Source: the human T2T-CHM13v2.0 reference genome, Homo sapiens. From it: DNA of 64,000 bases. The notes under the pieces were generated by a model. It did not search any database and had not been told where the DNA came from. It saw nothing but the letters and a program-made list of their open reading frames with translations. Positions 1-18,626 of this stretch are shown piece after piece. Each line of letters begins with the position of its first letter. Position 1 is the first letter of the stretch. The position numbers and the translations under genes were made by a program. The stretch lies in NCBI RefSeq assembly GCF_009914755.1, contig NC_060936.1. One strand, 5' to 3'.

Positions 1-1014
<1,014 letters not shown>

Positions 1015-1436
1015 TTATAACTCACCAATTTTGTTTTATATGCCTTAAAACTAAGTGGGAAAAAAATGTTAAATTATCTTGAAACTAAGTTTTTAGTTAA
1101 AATCCAATGCATAACATTGTAAATCTACTGCAAGTTTAGCTAATACTACATTAATCAATAAACACAATAGAGTGATATTTAAATGTAAACTAATTTTAAT
1201 AAATGCCACTAAAGCATTTTCGTAGAAGGCACCTATGCAAAATAGTCTAGTGATAACTCAGTGAATCTGCATTTAGGAATCCCCCTCACAGTGGGATTAC
1301 AATATATTACTGAATACCTCACCTAAATTCCAATGTGAATTTGCATGGTGCTTTGTCAATTACATATTTCCAAAATATATTACATAATCCCAATTTGAAC
1401 CTGTCAGGCTGTATAAGATTAATGATTATAAGAATG

Positions 1437-1930
1437 ATAACAACTAATGTTTACTGAAAATATATTCTTGGACTTTATAAGGACTTTATACAAGTTTTTT
1501 CATTTAATCCTCACAATAGCCCTATGCAGCACACAGTATTATAATACTAATTTTGCTGAAAAAAAAAAAACCTAAATTTCAGAAAAGCTAAGAAAGTTGC
1601 CTTAGTATACAAAGAATATATGAGAAATATTTGGGGGACAGTGAATAGATTGATTCATCTGAAATAAATTTATCTAGAACAGCGAGCAATGGACTATAAG
1701 GGTGGACAAACAGTTGGAACAAAATTAAATTTCTGAGAGCCAGAATAAAGTGTTTGGAGAGAGTGTAAAGTGTCATGTTTAACGATTTGATTTTTGAATC
1801 AGATCAGGGTTGATTCCCATTTTTACCACTTATTAGTTAACCTCATAAGATCATTAAGAAGATTAAATGAGAAGAATGAGATGGTACATGGTGGAAGCTC
1901 ATTAGTACATGCTCAGTAACTTTCAGTTGT
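1437..1930. mobile_element. Two diverged MIR fragments in opposite orientation (~1437-1640 minus, ~1765-1930 plus)
   Basis: MIR core words CATTTAATCCTCACAA and GATTAAATGAG. Confidence 0.6.
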
Positions 1931-2389
1931 CAACCATGTCATTGAAAGGTTTTGAGCAGATATTAGGTTGAGATAGCAGTCTTCAAGATATCTCTCTGGT
2001 ATAAATAATAAATTATAAAATATATGAATTGGATGTAAAAATGTCAATTAAGAACTAAACTGCATTGTTAGAATTCTATTTCCTTTAGGGCCTGGTAATG
2101 GCAGTGAGAGAGAATATAATAGGAAAGGAAAGGAAGGGGAGGGGATGGAAGGAAAAAGAAAAGGAGGGGAGGGAAAGGAAAGGAAAGCAGAGACATTTGT
2201 AAAAAAATATTAAAAAAATACCTCTTGGACAATGTGTGAATAAAGAGTTCAGGTTTCCAAATTTAAATAATCACAGATTTTTATAGATGGACTTTCATCT
2301 AGACTCGCCAAATGTTTTGATTTCATTTGTAACATTCTTGCCAAGTAGTTACAGAATATATTTTGAACAAACTGCTAACAGGAATAGGC

Positions 2390-2720
2390 TCTTAAAATAG
2401 ATCATTCTACTTCCAGGCAACTTTAACTATTTAAAAGCAAGCTCCTCATTATAATGACCTGAAAATTTCATACTTATCTAATACTCTTGATATTAGTCTC
2501 TGAATCTAGGCAATCTGACCCCATTTCCATATATAAAGTCATTCATGTAACCTAACCACTACCCGCCTTCTACAAAGGCCCTCAACCCATTAAATTATTT
2601 GTAAACTGAGATTTTTAATTTCACTATCCTTGTTCTTCTTCCTTTAGTGAGCTTTGGTTTGTCATTCTCTTTGAAAGAGTGGAGCTCAAGATACAACCTC
2701 TTTTCTTGGAGAGTGGTCAT
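2390..2720 (-). mobile_element. L3/CR1 LINE 3' region fragment
   Basis: Resembles the antisense L3 3' region (...CATCCTTGTTCTTCT...GAGCTTTGGTTTGTCATTCTCTTTGAAAGAGTGGAGCTCAAGA). Highly diverged; matched from memory. Confidence 0.45.
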
Positions 2721-3314
2721 AATTAACTGTTGTGTAGGGAAGCTAACCACTTAGGTACATCCGGGGATGCAATGCAGGTGTCCAAGGTTCTAGAGAGACG
2801 TACCAACACACGCTGCCTAGAAAAGAGTGACTTCTGTGATGACAGAAGTCTCCACCACGGAGTAAGATTTCAACTTGGATGATTAGGAATTTCTGACTTG
2901 AAAGAGAATAATTGAGTCTATATATTTCATTGTACAGAGTTTGAAGAAAAAGTACGACGTGCTAGAGTAAAAACTGTTGAATCTATGAGGGATGAATTAA
3001 ATTTTAAAGTTCATGAAGAATAACTCTAAATAGAATAATGCTGAAAACATTTCCATTAGATAAAATGGTTTATTACTATTTTTTAAGATCACTAAAATCA
3101 CTAATTTGTTTTCTCCATACTTGTCTCTGATATGTTTTACTCAACCTGAATTTAAGAACTTAATTCATTGAATCCAACACTTAAGTAATCAGTCAAGCAA
3201 ACCGCAATTTTTTTCTCTCATGATTACTATATATTTTTCTTACCTCTCCAATTTCCCGTTTTTGTCAGTTTTGTTCATCCTATTACAGTACATAGTGGCT
3301 AGAACACAGCATTA

Positions 3315-4481
3315 GGAATTCTGGCTATTACATTGCACATCACACACAAAAATTAAATCAAAATGTACTACAGACCTAAAGGTAAATTTTAAAAGTGAAA
3401 AACTTCTAAAAAATACAAGAGAAAATATTCTTGACCTTAGGTTAGGCAACAATCTCTCATACACAACATCAAAGGCATGATCCTTAAAGAAAAAGAATGG
3501 TAAATTGGACTTATTCAAAATTAAGAATATTTCCTTTTCTAAAAGCACACATACAAGCTACGGGTTCAGATAAAAGAATTATAAATCACATATCTGATAA
3601 AGAACTTGTACCCAGAACACAGAAAGAGCATTTGAAACACAATAATTTTAAAAAGTGTACAACCAAAAAAAAAAGGAAGAAAGATTTTAAAAGACACTTT
3701 AAAGAAACACATGACACATGATCATTTGAAAAGATGCTCAATCAAGTTAAAACCACATGCTATACCACTGCGTACCTATTAGAATAGCTAATATTAAAGA
3801 CTGACCATATCAAGTGACCTTGAGGATGTGGAATGGCTGGAGCATTCCTACGCTACTGGTGGAAATGTAAAATGATACAAGCACTTTTGAAAATAGTTTA
3901 TCAGCATCTAAAAAAATAAACATAAAATTTTTAATTATTGACTTATTGCAGTCCTACCTAGGTATCTATCCAGGAAGAATAAAAGCTTATGTTCATACAA
4001 ACGTATATACACAAACATATATAGCAGCTTTATTTATAATCACCAAAAACTGGAAAAGGAATAAACAAACTGTGTTATATCCACACAACGTAATATCATT
4101 AATTAAAAGAAATGAGTTATGACACATGAAAGTACATGTGTTGATGTATGATCATGGATGAATCTCAAAGTAATCATGCTGAGTAAAAAAGCCAGATCAG
4201 AAAAAGTACATACTATTAATTCCATTAAAGAATTCTATAAAATACAAATTAATCTATAAATGATAGCAGATAAGTGATTGCCTGGGGATAAAAGCGGGTG
4301 GGGAGGAGCGGGTGGGAGGGATTATGAAATGGCAGAAGAAAACATAAGATGGTGAATATGTTTATTATAATGATTTTTATAAGGGATTTGTAGTTACAAA
4401 CATTTTTTAATTTTCAAATTGTATACATTAACTGTACAGCTTATTGCATGTGAATTATATCTCAAAAATGCTTTGAAAAAT
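3315..4481 (+). mobile_element. Old L1M (L1MC/L1MD-like) 3' portion
   Basis: Decayed ORF2 C-terminus (CACACACAAAAATTAAATCAAAATG...ACCTTAGGTTAGGC...GGAAATGTAAAATG), ending in the typical L1M terminus GAATTATATCTCAAAAATGCT. Confidence 0.8.
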
Positions 4482-5319
4482 AATACCTCAGATGATTCTT
4501 TCAGTTTGAACATAGCTTCCAACAGTTTGCTGGATGATGGGTGCTCTTCATCCTTAGGCCTTGTCTCTATATGAGTTGTGATACTAATTGTAAAAAACAA
4601 AACAAAATTTATATTTCTCAGCTATTACTTAAGAACCCAGAAGAGAAGGATAATGGTAAAGGAAGGAAAGTATCTCATTAAGCCTGGAAATAAGGACTTC
4701 GATAGAAGATCTGAATAATCAGAAGGAAGAAAAGACTCAAATAGCCCTGGGAAATCTTTCATTGTAAATGGCAGAGTAACCCTGTAGATACCTCAATTAA
4801 AGTATTCATCATTTTTTGGTAAATATTTATTTTACTTATCTCTCTACTTAGAATTGGAGCTCTTTTAAGAGAGGAATTTTGGTCTTCTCCATCCATTGCC
4901 TAGCATAGTTCCTGGCACGTATCTATGCTCAATTGGAAATAATATAAATGGCCCCAGAGAAATCTTAGCTATACTTACTTATTTTTTTGTTCAGCCAACT
5001 TTACAGAAATTACCTCTAACCTTTAAAATGAACATACAAGATAGGCATTATTACCTTCACTACAAAAAATTTAAAAATCTTTGATTCAGAGGGTTAAATG
5101 ACTTGTCTGAGTTAATTCTGCAAGTAAGTGGTGAACCTAGGATTTCTGGTGGAGTTAGCATCTAAAGCTAGGCCTGCTGAGTACAACAACCATGGTTTTG
5201 CCACTACATCTTGTGGATACCTAGCAGATACCTTCAGAAAATTGGTTATTATGATTGGAATTTGAAACCATAATAAAATATGGTGAACATTCTTCCTTTT
5301 CCTTTATTGATCTTGAAGG

Positions 5320-5712
5320 GAAAGAATTGGGATATATCTTTAGAAGAATATTCTCTATTGAAAAGTCTACTTCCATGAAAAAATGCTGGATATAGTTCTA
5401 TGTAAAGAAAACAACATATCCAGGGGATAGTGAATTCTGGTTCTGAAGCATTTTATAGGAGTAATGGAGAATTTCAATTCTTTAGACACTTATCAGAAGT
5501 TTTATTCAGCTAAAAACATTATCTGATAAGTTGTTGACCTTCCTTACTGAAAATGTCATCTTCTAGAAGATAAAAGAAGTGATGATTGAAACCACAAATG
5601 ACATGTGGGAGCAGATAAAAGGAGAGGGGAATAGAAATGATGTCATTAGGGAAGTATATTATTAACTGCCCGGTCAAATGAAGAGAATGGATGTGTTCCT
5701 GACACAGATCGA
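5320..5712 (+). mobile_element. L3/CR1 LINE ORF2 endonuclease-domain fossil with internally swapped blocks
   Basis: Translations GVMENFNSLDTYQKFYSAKN/LSDKLLTFLTENVIF (cf. VMGDFNYPDICWKSHSAKS..SDKFLTCLADNFI) and MWEQIKGE/NRNDVIREVYY*LPGQ..DVFLTQI (cf. IWVKIKGERNRSDIVVGVYYRPPGQ..DAFLKQI). Confidence 0.65.
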
Positions 5713-7943
5713 TATCTAAGTTGAACATCTCTTAGAACTTGCATTGTGCACTGCACTCCAGATTGATTCCACTGTACTGGCTCCAGTACACCTTCTCTCT
5801 CATTGTCACCATCATTATCCAGAGCACACCTCAATATTATTATCAAGAATACTTAGGAAATTAAGAAGAGAGTAAAAGATTATTTACATTGGTTCTTGAC
5901 ATTTGAAATTGAAGTAATGAGTAGGTTTATTATAAGAAATGTCCACTAGGTAAATAGAGCTATGTGTCTGGAACACTGAAGGAAACTGACATTGGTGAAG
6001 ATTTTGAAGCCGTATGTATAGATGCAGAATCAAAGCTTTGGAAGTAAAAGAGGTCTCTAAAGAAAAGAGTATGGAGAAAACAGCAGCAGGACAGTGATAG
6101 AAGCTATTACCCAAGGATGTGGGGGTAATGTTACCCAAGGAGGGAGGACAAATGAAGGTTTTTGTTGAAGTGGGACCTATCACATTTGTATGCCAATTTG
6201 CACTTATTTTTTAAGTTAAAAATTCAAGTATCCTGTAAGGCAATAGCTCACTTTGCAATGAAGTCTCATCTAGTGTTATTTTAAATCTTAAAAAGGTTAC
6301 TTGGAAGCATGTAAACATTACAACTGGGTGACACTGTTAAAGAGCAAATGCACCTATATCCAATTAAAAAGACGCGTCTGTGGCCAATGATACCATCTTG
6401 GTTGAATGCCTTATATGTACTACTCAAAGGAGCTTTGTGGTTCTTTAGAGAAACTCATTTTCTGGCAGAGGTTTGAAAGCATTTCTGGTATTAAAAAGGA
6501 AATCAATGAGAGGATAAAAAAGCAAGAAGGATGTGTGGTAAACTCTCATTTAAAAACCTGTACACTCAACAGAATGCATCTTTGCAACCTTTCAATAAGA
6601 CAAGTCTTCTTTAATTTCAAATGGAACAGCCTGTGTTCCATATTTCTTAGCCTGGCTGACATAGAGGTCACAGATTTACTGTGGGACAAGGTAGAATCAC
6701 TTACATATTATCCTAAATTTAGATTTGGCCTAGATTTTTTGCTGAAATGATGAGAGGCATGGCAATAAAATGAAACTTTGCTGCTTTTATCATTTTCTGC
6801 TTTCAGAGTTAAAAAAAAATCATAAAATAAATTGTGCTTAAAGAAACCACTGAATTCATCAAACTCTGACTCCTTAAAATGATTAAGTCATTTTGTCTCC
6901 CAACCAGTCCTGAACTGCCTTCTTAGTGACCTGTGGCATGTCCTGAATAGCCTTTCTGAGCAGGCAGGTAGGATATATATGAATATGACAATAAACAGCT
7001 GTAGTAGTGTTCAGTTTCAGTCTTCAATCTTTGACATCCTTTTTAAATGCTCCCCAATGACTTCCCCAAGTGTTCACTCTAGTCACTATTGTCCTAGAAG
7101 AGTACTGAGCCAATTTAGTGTATATTTATTGATCACTATAAAAGGCAATGTACTGTGTTGCTGGAGGTGCACCCAACTTCTAAAAAATTTACAGTTGAAG
7201 AGGCAAGACATAATTCCATGAAAACTTTAATAACAAATATTAGAAGAGCTCAACCAGTAATAGACTGCTTAGAAAAAGAAAAGATCACTTTAAGATGGAA
7301 TGACTGATTAATTAATAATGCCTTTAAGATATGACAAAACAATACAGATCTGGTCCACCAAAAGCTATTCGAGGCTAAAGATTCCATTCATTCTAGTAGT
7401 ATCTCCCTAGTAAGGTTCCTCATCTGCTTCTGCCTAAGTACCAGATTTTCGCCTTCCACAGACAGACACCTCCACAATTTACATCAAAACATATCCCAGT
7501 GAATATCACATAATTGACTCCAACTAACCCTTTTTAACCTTACAGCATAGACCACACAACAAATCCAGTGAGTTATACATATTGGATTTGAGCCTGAACA
7601 TACAAGTGCAACTGGAATGCCTTAAAAAAGGCACCGTAGAATCTGTATCTATCAGGATTTAGCCCTCACCAGTCATCTGGTGCACAAAGCACCCAGCATC
7701 AATGTGCTCATCATGAATGAGAGGATTAAGCCTAGGAGAAGGGAGTTAGCCAGAAACCAGAAAACACACAAAGATGTGGAGGCAGTAATACCTTGCTCTC
7801 CCTGACCTATCATCAACAGTTAGAGATTGAGCATGAAACAAAATCCAACATAAAGCATTAAGATCCACCTCTATTCTGGGGTCTGTAGAGAGGGCTGATC
7901 AAGGAAAAAAGAAGAATAACAGGGTTCGGAAGTACATAAGAGA

Positions 7944-8225
<282 letters not shown>

Positions 8226-8374
8226 AAAGTATTTAAGAGAAACAGAAATGGTGTCAGCTAGAGCCCAGGGCATATTAGAAATTCCATGTAAATGAATAAA
8301 AGGACTATTAGAAAAACATTTAGAGATATTTAGAATATGATAACCAAAGAGAATTGCAGATCACTGAGAGGCAC

Positions 8375-9940
8375 TCATTTATTCAACAAATATTAATTGA
8401 ACAACCCCTGTATTCCAGGAATCATTCTAATTTTAGAGATACCTCAGAAATCAAAATAAATACAGATTTACGCCATCAGCGGAGTTCCTAGTGATGGCAT
8501 GGAGATAAATGCACACATACACATGTACACACATAGGCACATATATGGACACACATATAACTACATTTATGTCATATGGTAGTAAATACAGTGAAACTAA
8601 ACAAATCAGAGAAAAGATATTGAAAGTGGTAGGAAGGGGGATTTACCAAGTAGTGACTTTAAATACCGTGGTAGAGAAAGACCACTGGAAGGTGCCATTT
8701 TAGAAAGTACAAAATATATGAAGACTATCCTTTTCCTTTCTTTTCTGGCATCCTCATGAGGAGGAGGAAAATTCATTGCATAATTATTATCATACTTTTA
8801 TTACTTCATTCAATCTATTCTAATCTTGCATTCAGGATCCAATTTTATATTGAATAGAGCTACATGGATTCTGATCTTCTCATGAAGGAAATAAATTCCT
8901 GCTACCCAGCAGTATCATGGATGTCCTCAGTCATAGAAGAGATAAAAGATTATCAATAAATCCTGGTGATTTAGTATGAAAGGGACAACTCTTTCATTTA
9001 TTCCCATTTTATTAAACACTGTTCCATGCCAGACATTAACAAATTCTAGGAACACAAGAGAAACATAGCTGCCTTTATGGAGCTTGCAGTCCAGAAGGGT
9101 CAACCTGTGTGATTTGATGGAAACAGTGGAAATGGACATTAAAAAAAAAAAAAAAAAAAAAAACAGGACTTAGCAACTGAATGAATTTGGGCAACATGAG
9201 GTAGGGATAAGTCAGGAATTAATTTTAGATTGATGTTATCAACAACTGGGGGGTTTGAGAAAGCCACAAGTCACACAGTGACATAGGATTCACCAGAATT
9301 AAAGCAGGTTTGAAGAATTCTAGAAAAGGGGTAAAGAGGTTTAAAGATGACTATGAGCTGAATAAAGACAAAACTGGTATTATCTGGGCTTAACAGAGCC
9401 TAGTTTCTAAATACAAATTGTATTGTTATTAGCTTTTATTCCCAGGTCTTTTAAGTAGAAATGGATTATTTTGCTGCTCTGCTAAAAATTCCTCCAATGA
9501 ATCCCCATCTTCCTATAAGATCTCACATGATTTTCATCCTCTACCCTCATTCCTAATCTCTGTAATCATTGCTTCTATCTTCTGTCCCTCCTCAACTTTG
9601 ATTACTTTTCCTCCACCCAATTGTCTCTTTATTTGTCCTTGATTATGCCAAGTATTCTTATCTCTTCCTGGAAAGAGGGTGCTCCAGATGTTCTCATGGA
9701 TTCCCTATCACTTTATGTATGTCTCTACTCAGAGTAAATCTCATCTGATCAGAGAGGTCCTCATAAACAACCTTACCTAAAATAACACTTATTTTCTCTA
9801 TTCTTGTTCTAGTTTCTTTTGATTAATTATATATTTATTACAAATATAAGCTCCTTGAGAATAGAGACCTTGTGTACTTCTTCCCTTATGTAACTTCAAA
9901 GTGTAGAACATAGTGTGCACTTAATTTATACTTTTGAATT
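8375..9940. mobile_element. Cluster of L2 fragments, with an A22 run at 9141-9162
   Basis: L2 3'-end words CATTTATTCAACAAATATT, TGCCTTTATGGAGCTTGCAGTCCAG and TATAAGCTCCTTGAGAATAGAGAC. Confidence 0.6.
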
Positions 9941-10239
9941 GACATAGATTTTGTTCTACACTACTGCTCATCAATTTCCTTTTCCCTTACAACTCTGACC
10001 TTTTAAAATGCTAGTGGAAAATATTTAAATAAATTTTTACCAATTAAACTTTCCAGATAAACCAATATCATTTATTTTCTCTGTAAAGCCTGTTGTCCAG
10101 AAAATACTGAAATCTCACAGCTGGTAGACTATTTGCTACCATTCTTATTTACTTCTTCTTTTTACAAGTAAATCAATAACATTGGTTCCCAACCTGTTTC
10201 TACCAGTTGGACTTTTCAATCTCATTACATAAAGTAATT

Positions 10240-10620
10240 TATTATTATGGAAATCAGTATAAAACAAGTGTGAAAGAAAAAAATGGTGCTTCTGTGAAAA
10301 CTAATTCAAATACTATAGAAAATTTGATAAATGGGATTTACATTTAAAGACATTGCTATTGGATGTCAACTTTCAAAGACTGAAGAGTTATAAATATGCA
10401 GAATTACTCACTCAGTATGCTTCCTATGTATATTTAAGGCCTTGTTCTATTTTAAACATCTTCAAAGTGGAGATCTTAGGTGTTGCCTTATGGGTGGGGC
10501 TTATGTCAAAAGGATGATGCTGAATTTCAATCAGTGAAAAAGAAAACTGTCTTGGTTTTACATCAAAAGATTGAAAAATGTACTTGTATTATATTAATTC
10601 TCCAGTTTATCTTTTTTTCC
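10240..10620 (+). mobile_element. Tigger-family (TcMar) DNA transposon fossil
   Basis: Decayed CENP-B-like HTH coding sequence (AAAGTGGAGATCTTAGGTGTTGCCTTATGGGTGGGGCTTATG = KVEILGVALWVGLM, cf. KLEIVDDALWVWFM). Confidence 0.5.
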
Positions 10621-11534
10621 CTGTAAATTAACTGCCAGAATTCATCAGCTGAACTGGTTTTTCCTTACCTAACCCTATAAATACTCCATATTCTGCCCTT
10701 CCTTCTTTCATTTCAGCACAGATGAAAATGAAGTTTCATCTTGTGTGTGTTGGCACTGGTTGACTGTACTTCTATGTTCAAAAAGAATTCTAAAACTTCC
10801 AGTGAGCTAAGAGAGAAAATATGATTAGTCGCCTGTCATGAACATGAAAAGAGAAATGTGATCTCAGTGCTATGCTTTTGCTGTCCTTTACCTGAGCACT
10901 TCATGGTTCCCCTTCAAGCCCAGTGTCAAGTTCCCCTGCAGTAGCAGCACACACGTCTTGCCCATCCTGTTCTGCAACTTTTTGTATCCATCCTTATCCC
11001 ACTCCACTTTCATTTCATTCCTGGTTTTCATGTATGTTTCCAAATCTGACCACCTACTTTGGGGTGAACTTAAGTGTGGCATTTAAAGACACATAAAAAT
11101 CATCAAGGTAACACAAATTTGAAGCTGTTGAGAAAAAAGGGATAAAATGACAGGGTGGGAACATTAAAAAAGTTAGGAAGTACAAAAATGAACATCATAA
11201 AGGCCAATGAACATGCTATAGACAGACCACAAATTTGGCTCTAAAAATTAAAGATGAAAAAAATCTAGAAAATAAAAGCAAGTTAATTTTCAAAAAGAAG
11301 CAAAACTATTCCTTAACCAAAACAATTACTGCCAATATCACCCTGCCTCTCTATCTTGTGTTCTCTGGAGGTAAAAGTAACTTTTTTTGTATGCATTTCC
11401 TCTGAAATTCCATAAGACCTCTTCTGCACCACTCTATTAAGCTCTTGCTCCATGCTAATTATTTATGTTAATTGTACTGTGCATTTGTAGCTCCCTAAAA
11501 GAGATGAATAGCCCATTTTAATGCAACCCCCACC

Positions 11535-12322
<788 letters not shown>

Positions 12323-13725
12323 ACAACTAATATGGAAATTTACATATAACACAAACTCAGTAAATTCATTAGAGATTAAAAACTGATGAGAAAACAAGTG
12401 AATAAATGAATGAAAATATGAATGCTGCTAGCTTTCCCTTTACCCACTTACTCTTTCTATTGAGGTTTGCCAATGTTATGGCTTATCCTCTGAAGAGCAG
12501 TTTCACTTTGCCAACACTAATGAATCTAACAAGATAACTCTGCTAATACACAAATGAACACATATAGGTATTTAAGGACCTTACAACACTGATTTTTCTC
12601 AGATTTACTACATCTTTAAGTGGAATAAATACCAACCACTTTTTGTACCAGGCATGAACTTCACTCTATGTAGAACGATAGTTCTTACCTAAATATTGAA
12701 AAGATTGTGGTTTTGCATAAAGATTTACCTAAAACAAACACAATATGTTTGAAGATTTTTTTCTAGCATTGAAAAGGACAGCATCAAAGTACTCTTATAC
12801 CATTATTTTCTTAATAAGAAAATAGTTAAAACTGTGTGAAAATAACAATCTAATGACATGCTGAAATGCTGAAGTGCCCAGGCAGGCATAACCAAATTAA
12901 AGTGAAGTTCTACACAATTGTTCATTAAACATACAGCTCATTGCATACCCAGGTTAAATATGTTCCTTGAATTAAAACTTTCCGTTACACAAGCATTTAT
13001 TAATCCACTGGTAATCATAAAACTGTGTTTTGCTTTGTAAGCCATATGACTAGATCAGTTTACTATAGTTTCAGTTTTTTTTGTCTTAATGTTTTTCTCT
13101 ACTTCTAAGGGCACTTACATTTTTAATAGTGAAACAGTTCTTACATTCAAGTATGCATTAGCACTGCTTACATCTTCTATTAAAAATAATGGGTGATTCA
13201 TCATCAGGACAGGTTTCTTACAATTGACTCATTTAGCTCAGCATGCAGTCTTAATCATAAAAAAAATTCAATGAACTTAATACTAGTGATAGCTTAAAAG
13301 ACACACACACATACACACAACTTGCATATACTTCTTGCCAACTTTTAAAATATTAAAGCAAGACAAGATGATTTTCTTTCTTTGTCTGCTATGAAGAAAA
13401 TAATTAGTTTTAAGAAAATAAGATGATGCAAATAACCTTATCCTTACATACTGGACTGAATTTTGGGAGCCAATAATAAAAAGAGATCATGGTGATACAT
13501 GAATTTTTATTATTATTATTATTATACTTTAAGTTTTAAGGTACATGTGCATAATGTGCAGGTTAGTTACATATGTATACATGTGCCATGCTGGTGTGCT
13601 GCACCCATTAACTCGTCATCTAGCATTAGATATATCTCCTAATGCTATCCCTCCCCCCTCCCCCCACCCCACAACAGTCCCCAGAGTGTGATGTTCCCCT
13701 TCCTGTGTCCATGTGATCTCATTGT

Positions 13726-17572
<3,847 letters not shown>

Positions 17573-17608
17573 TTAGTTGATGCAGTTTATTCCTAGCCTT
17601 GATGGTCT

Positions 17609-18626
17609 TTACAATTTGGCATGATTTTGCAGTTGCTGGTACCGGTTGTTCCTTTCCATGTTTAGTGCTTCCTTCAGTAGCTCTTTTAGGGCAGGCCTGG
17701 TGGTGACAAAATCTCTCAGCATTTGCTTGTCTGTACAGTATTTTATTTCTCCTTCACTTATGAAGCTTAGTTTGGCTGGATATGAAATTCTGGGTTGAAA
17801 ATTCTTTTCTTTAAGAATGTTGAATATTGGCCCCCACTCTCTTCTGGCTTGTAGAGTTTCTGCCGAGAGATCCGCTGTTAGTCTGATGGGCTTCCCTTTG
17901 TGGGTAACCCGACCTTTCTCTCTGGCTGCCCTTAACATTTTTTCCTTCATTTCAACTTTGGTGAATCTGATAATTATGTATCTTGAAGTTGCTCTTCTCG
18001 AGGAGTATCTTTGTCGTGTTCTCTGTATTTCCTGAATCTGAATGTTGGCCTGCCTTGCTAGATTGGGGGAATTTCTCCTGGATAATATCCTGCAGAGTGT
18101 TTTCCAACTTGGTTCCATTCTCCCCGTCACTTTCAGGTACACCAATCAGACGTAGATTTGGTCTTTTCACATAGTTCCATAGTTCTTGGAGGCTTTGTTC
18201 ATTTCTTTTTATTCTTTTTTCTCTAAACTTCCCTTCTCACTTCATTTCATTCATTTCATCTTCCATCACTGATACCCTTTCTTCCAGTTGATCACATCGG
18301 CTCCTGAGGCTTCTGAATTCTTCACGTAGTTCTCGAGCCTTGGCTTTCAGCTCCATCAGCTCCTTTAAGCACTTCTCTGTATTGCTTATTCTAGTTATAC
18401 ATTCTTCTAAATTTTTTTCAAAGTTTTTAACTTCTTTGCCTTTGGTTTGAATTTCCTCCTGTAGCTCGGAGTAGTTTGATCGTCTGAAGCCTTCTTCTCT
18501 CAACTCGTCAAAGTCATTCTCCATCCAGCTTTGTTCCATTGCTGGTGAGGAACTGCATTCCTTTGGAGGAGGAGAGGCGCTCTGATTTTTAGAGTTTCCA
18601 GTTTTTCTGCTCTGTTTTTTCCCCAT
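17609..18626 (-). pseudogene. L1 ORF1p, disrupted by a nonsense codon and a frameshift
   Basis: MGKKQSRKTGNSKNQSASPPPKE... stops at 18237 (CGA>TGA). The C-terminal half ...ARREWGPIF...YPAKLS... is in another frame (17609-18145). Confidence 0.95.

Noticed and set aside
6790-6975. Plus-strand exon-like AG/GT pairs (6805-6967; also ~10717-10801)
   Set aside because: Donors are weak and there is no coherent reading frame. Such pairs are common by chance.
9141-9162. A22 run as an orphan retrotransposon tail
   Set aside because: No flanking TSD or element body. Slippage within L2 is sufficient to explain it.
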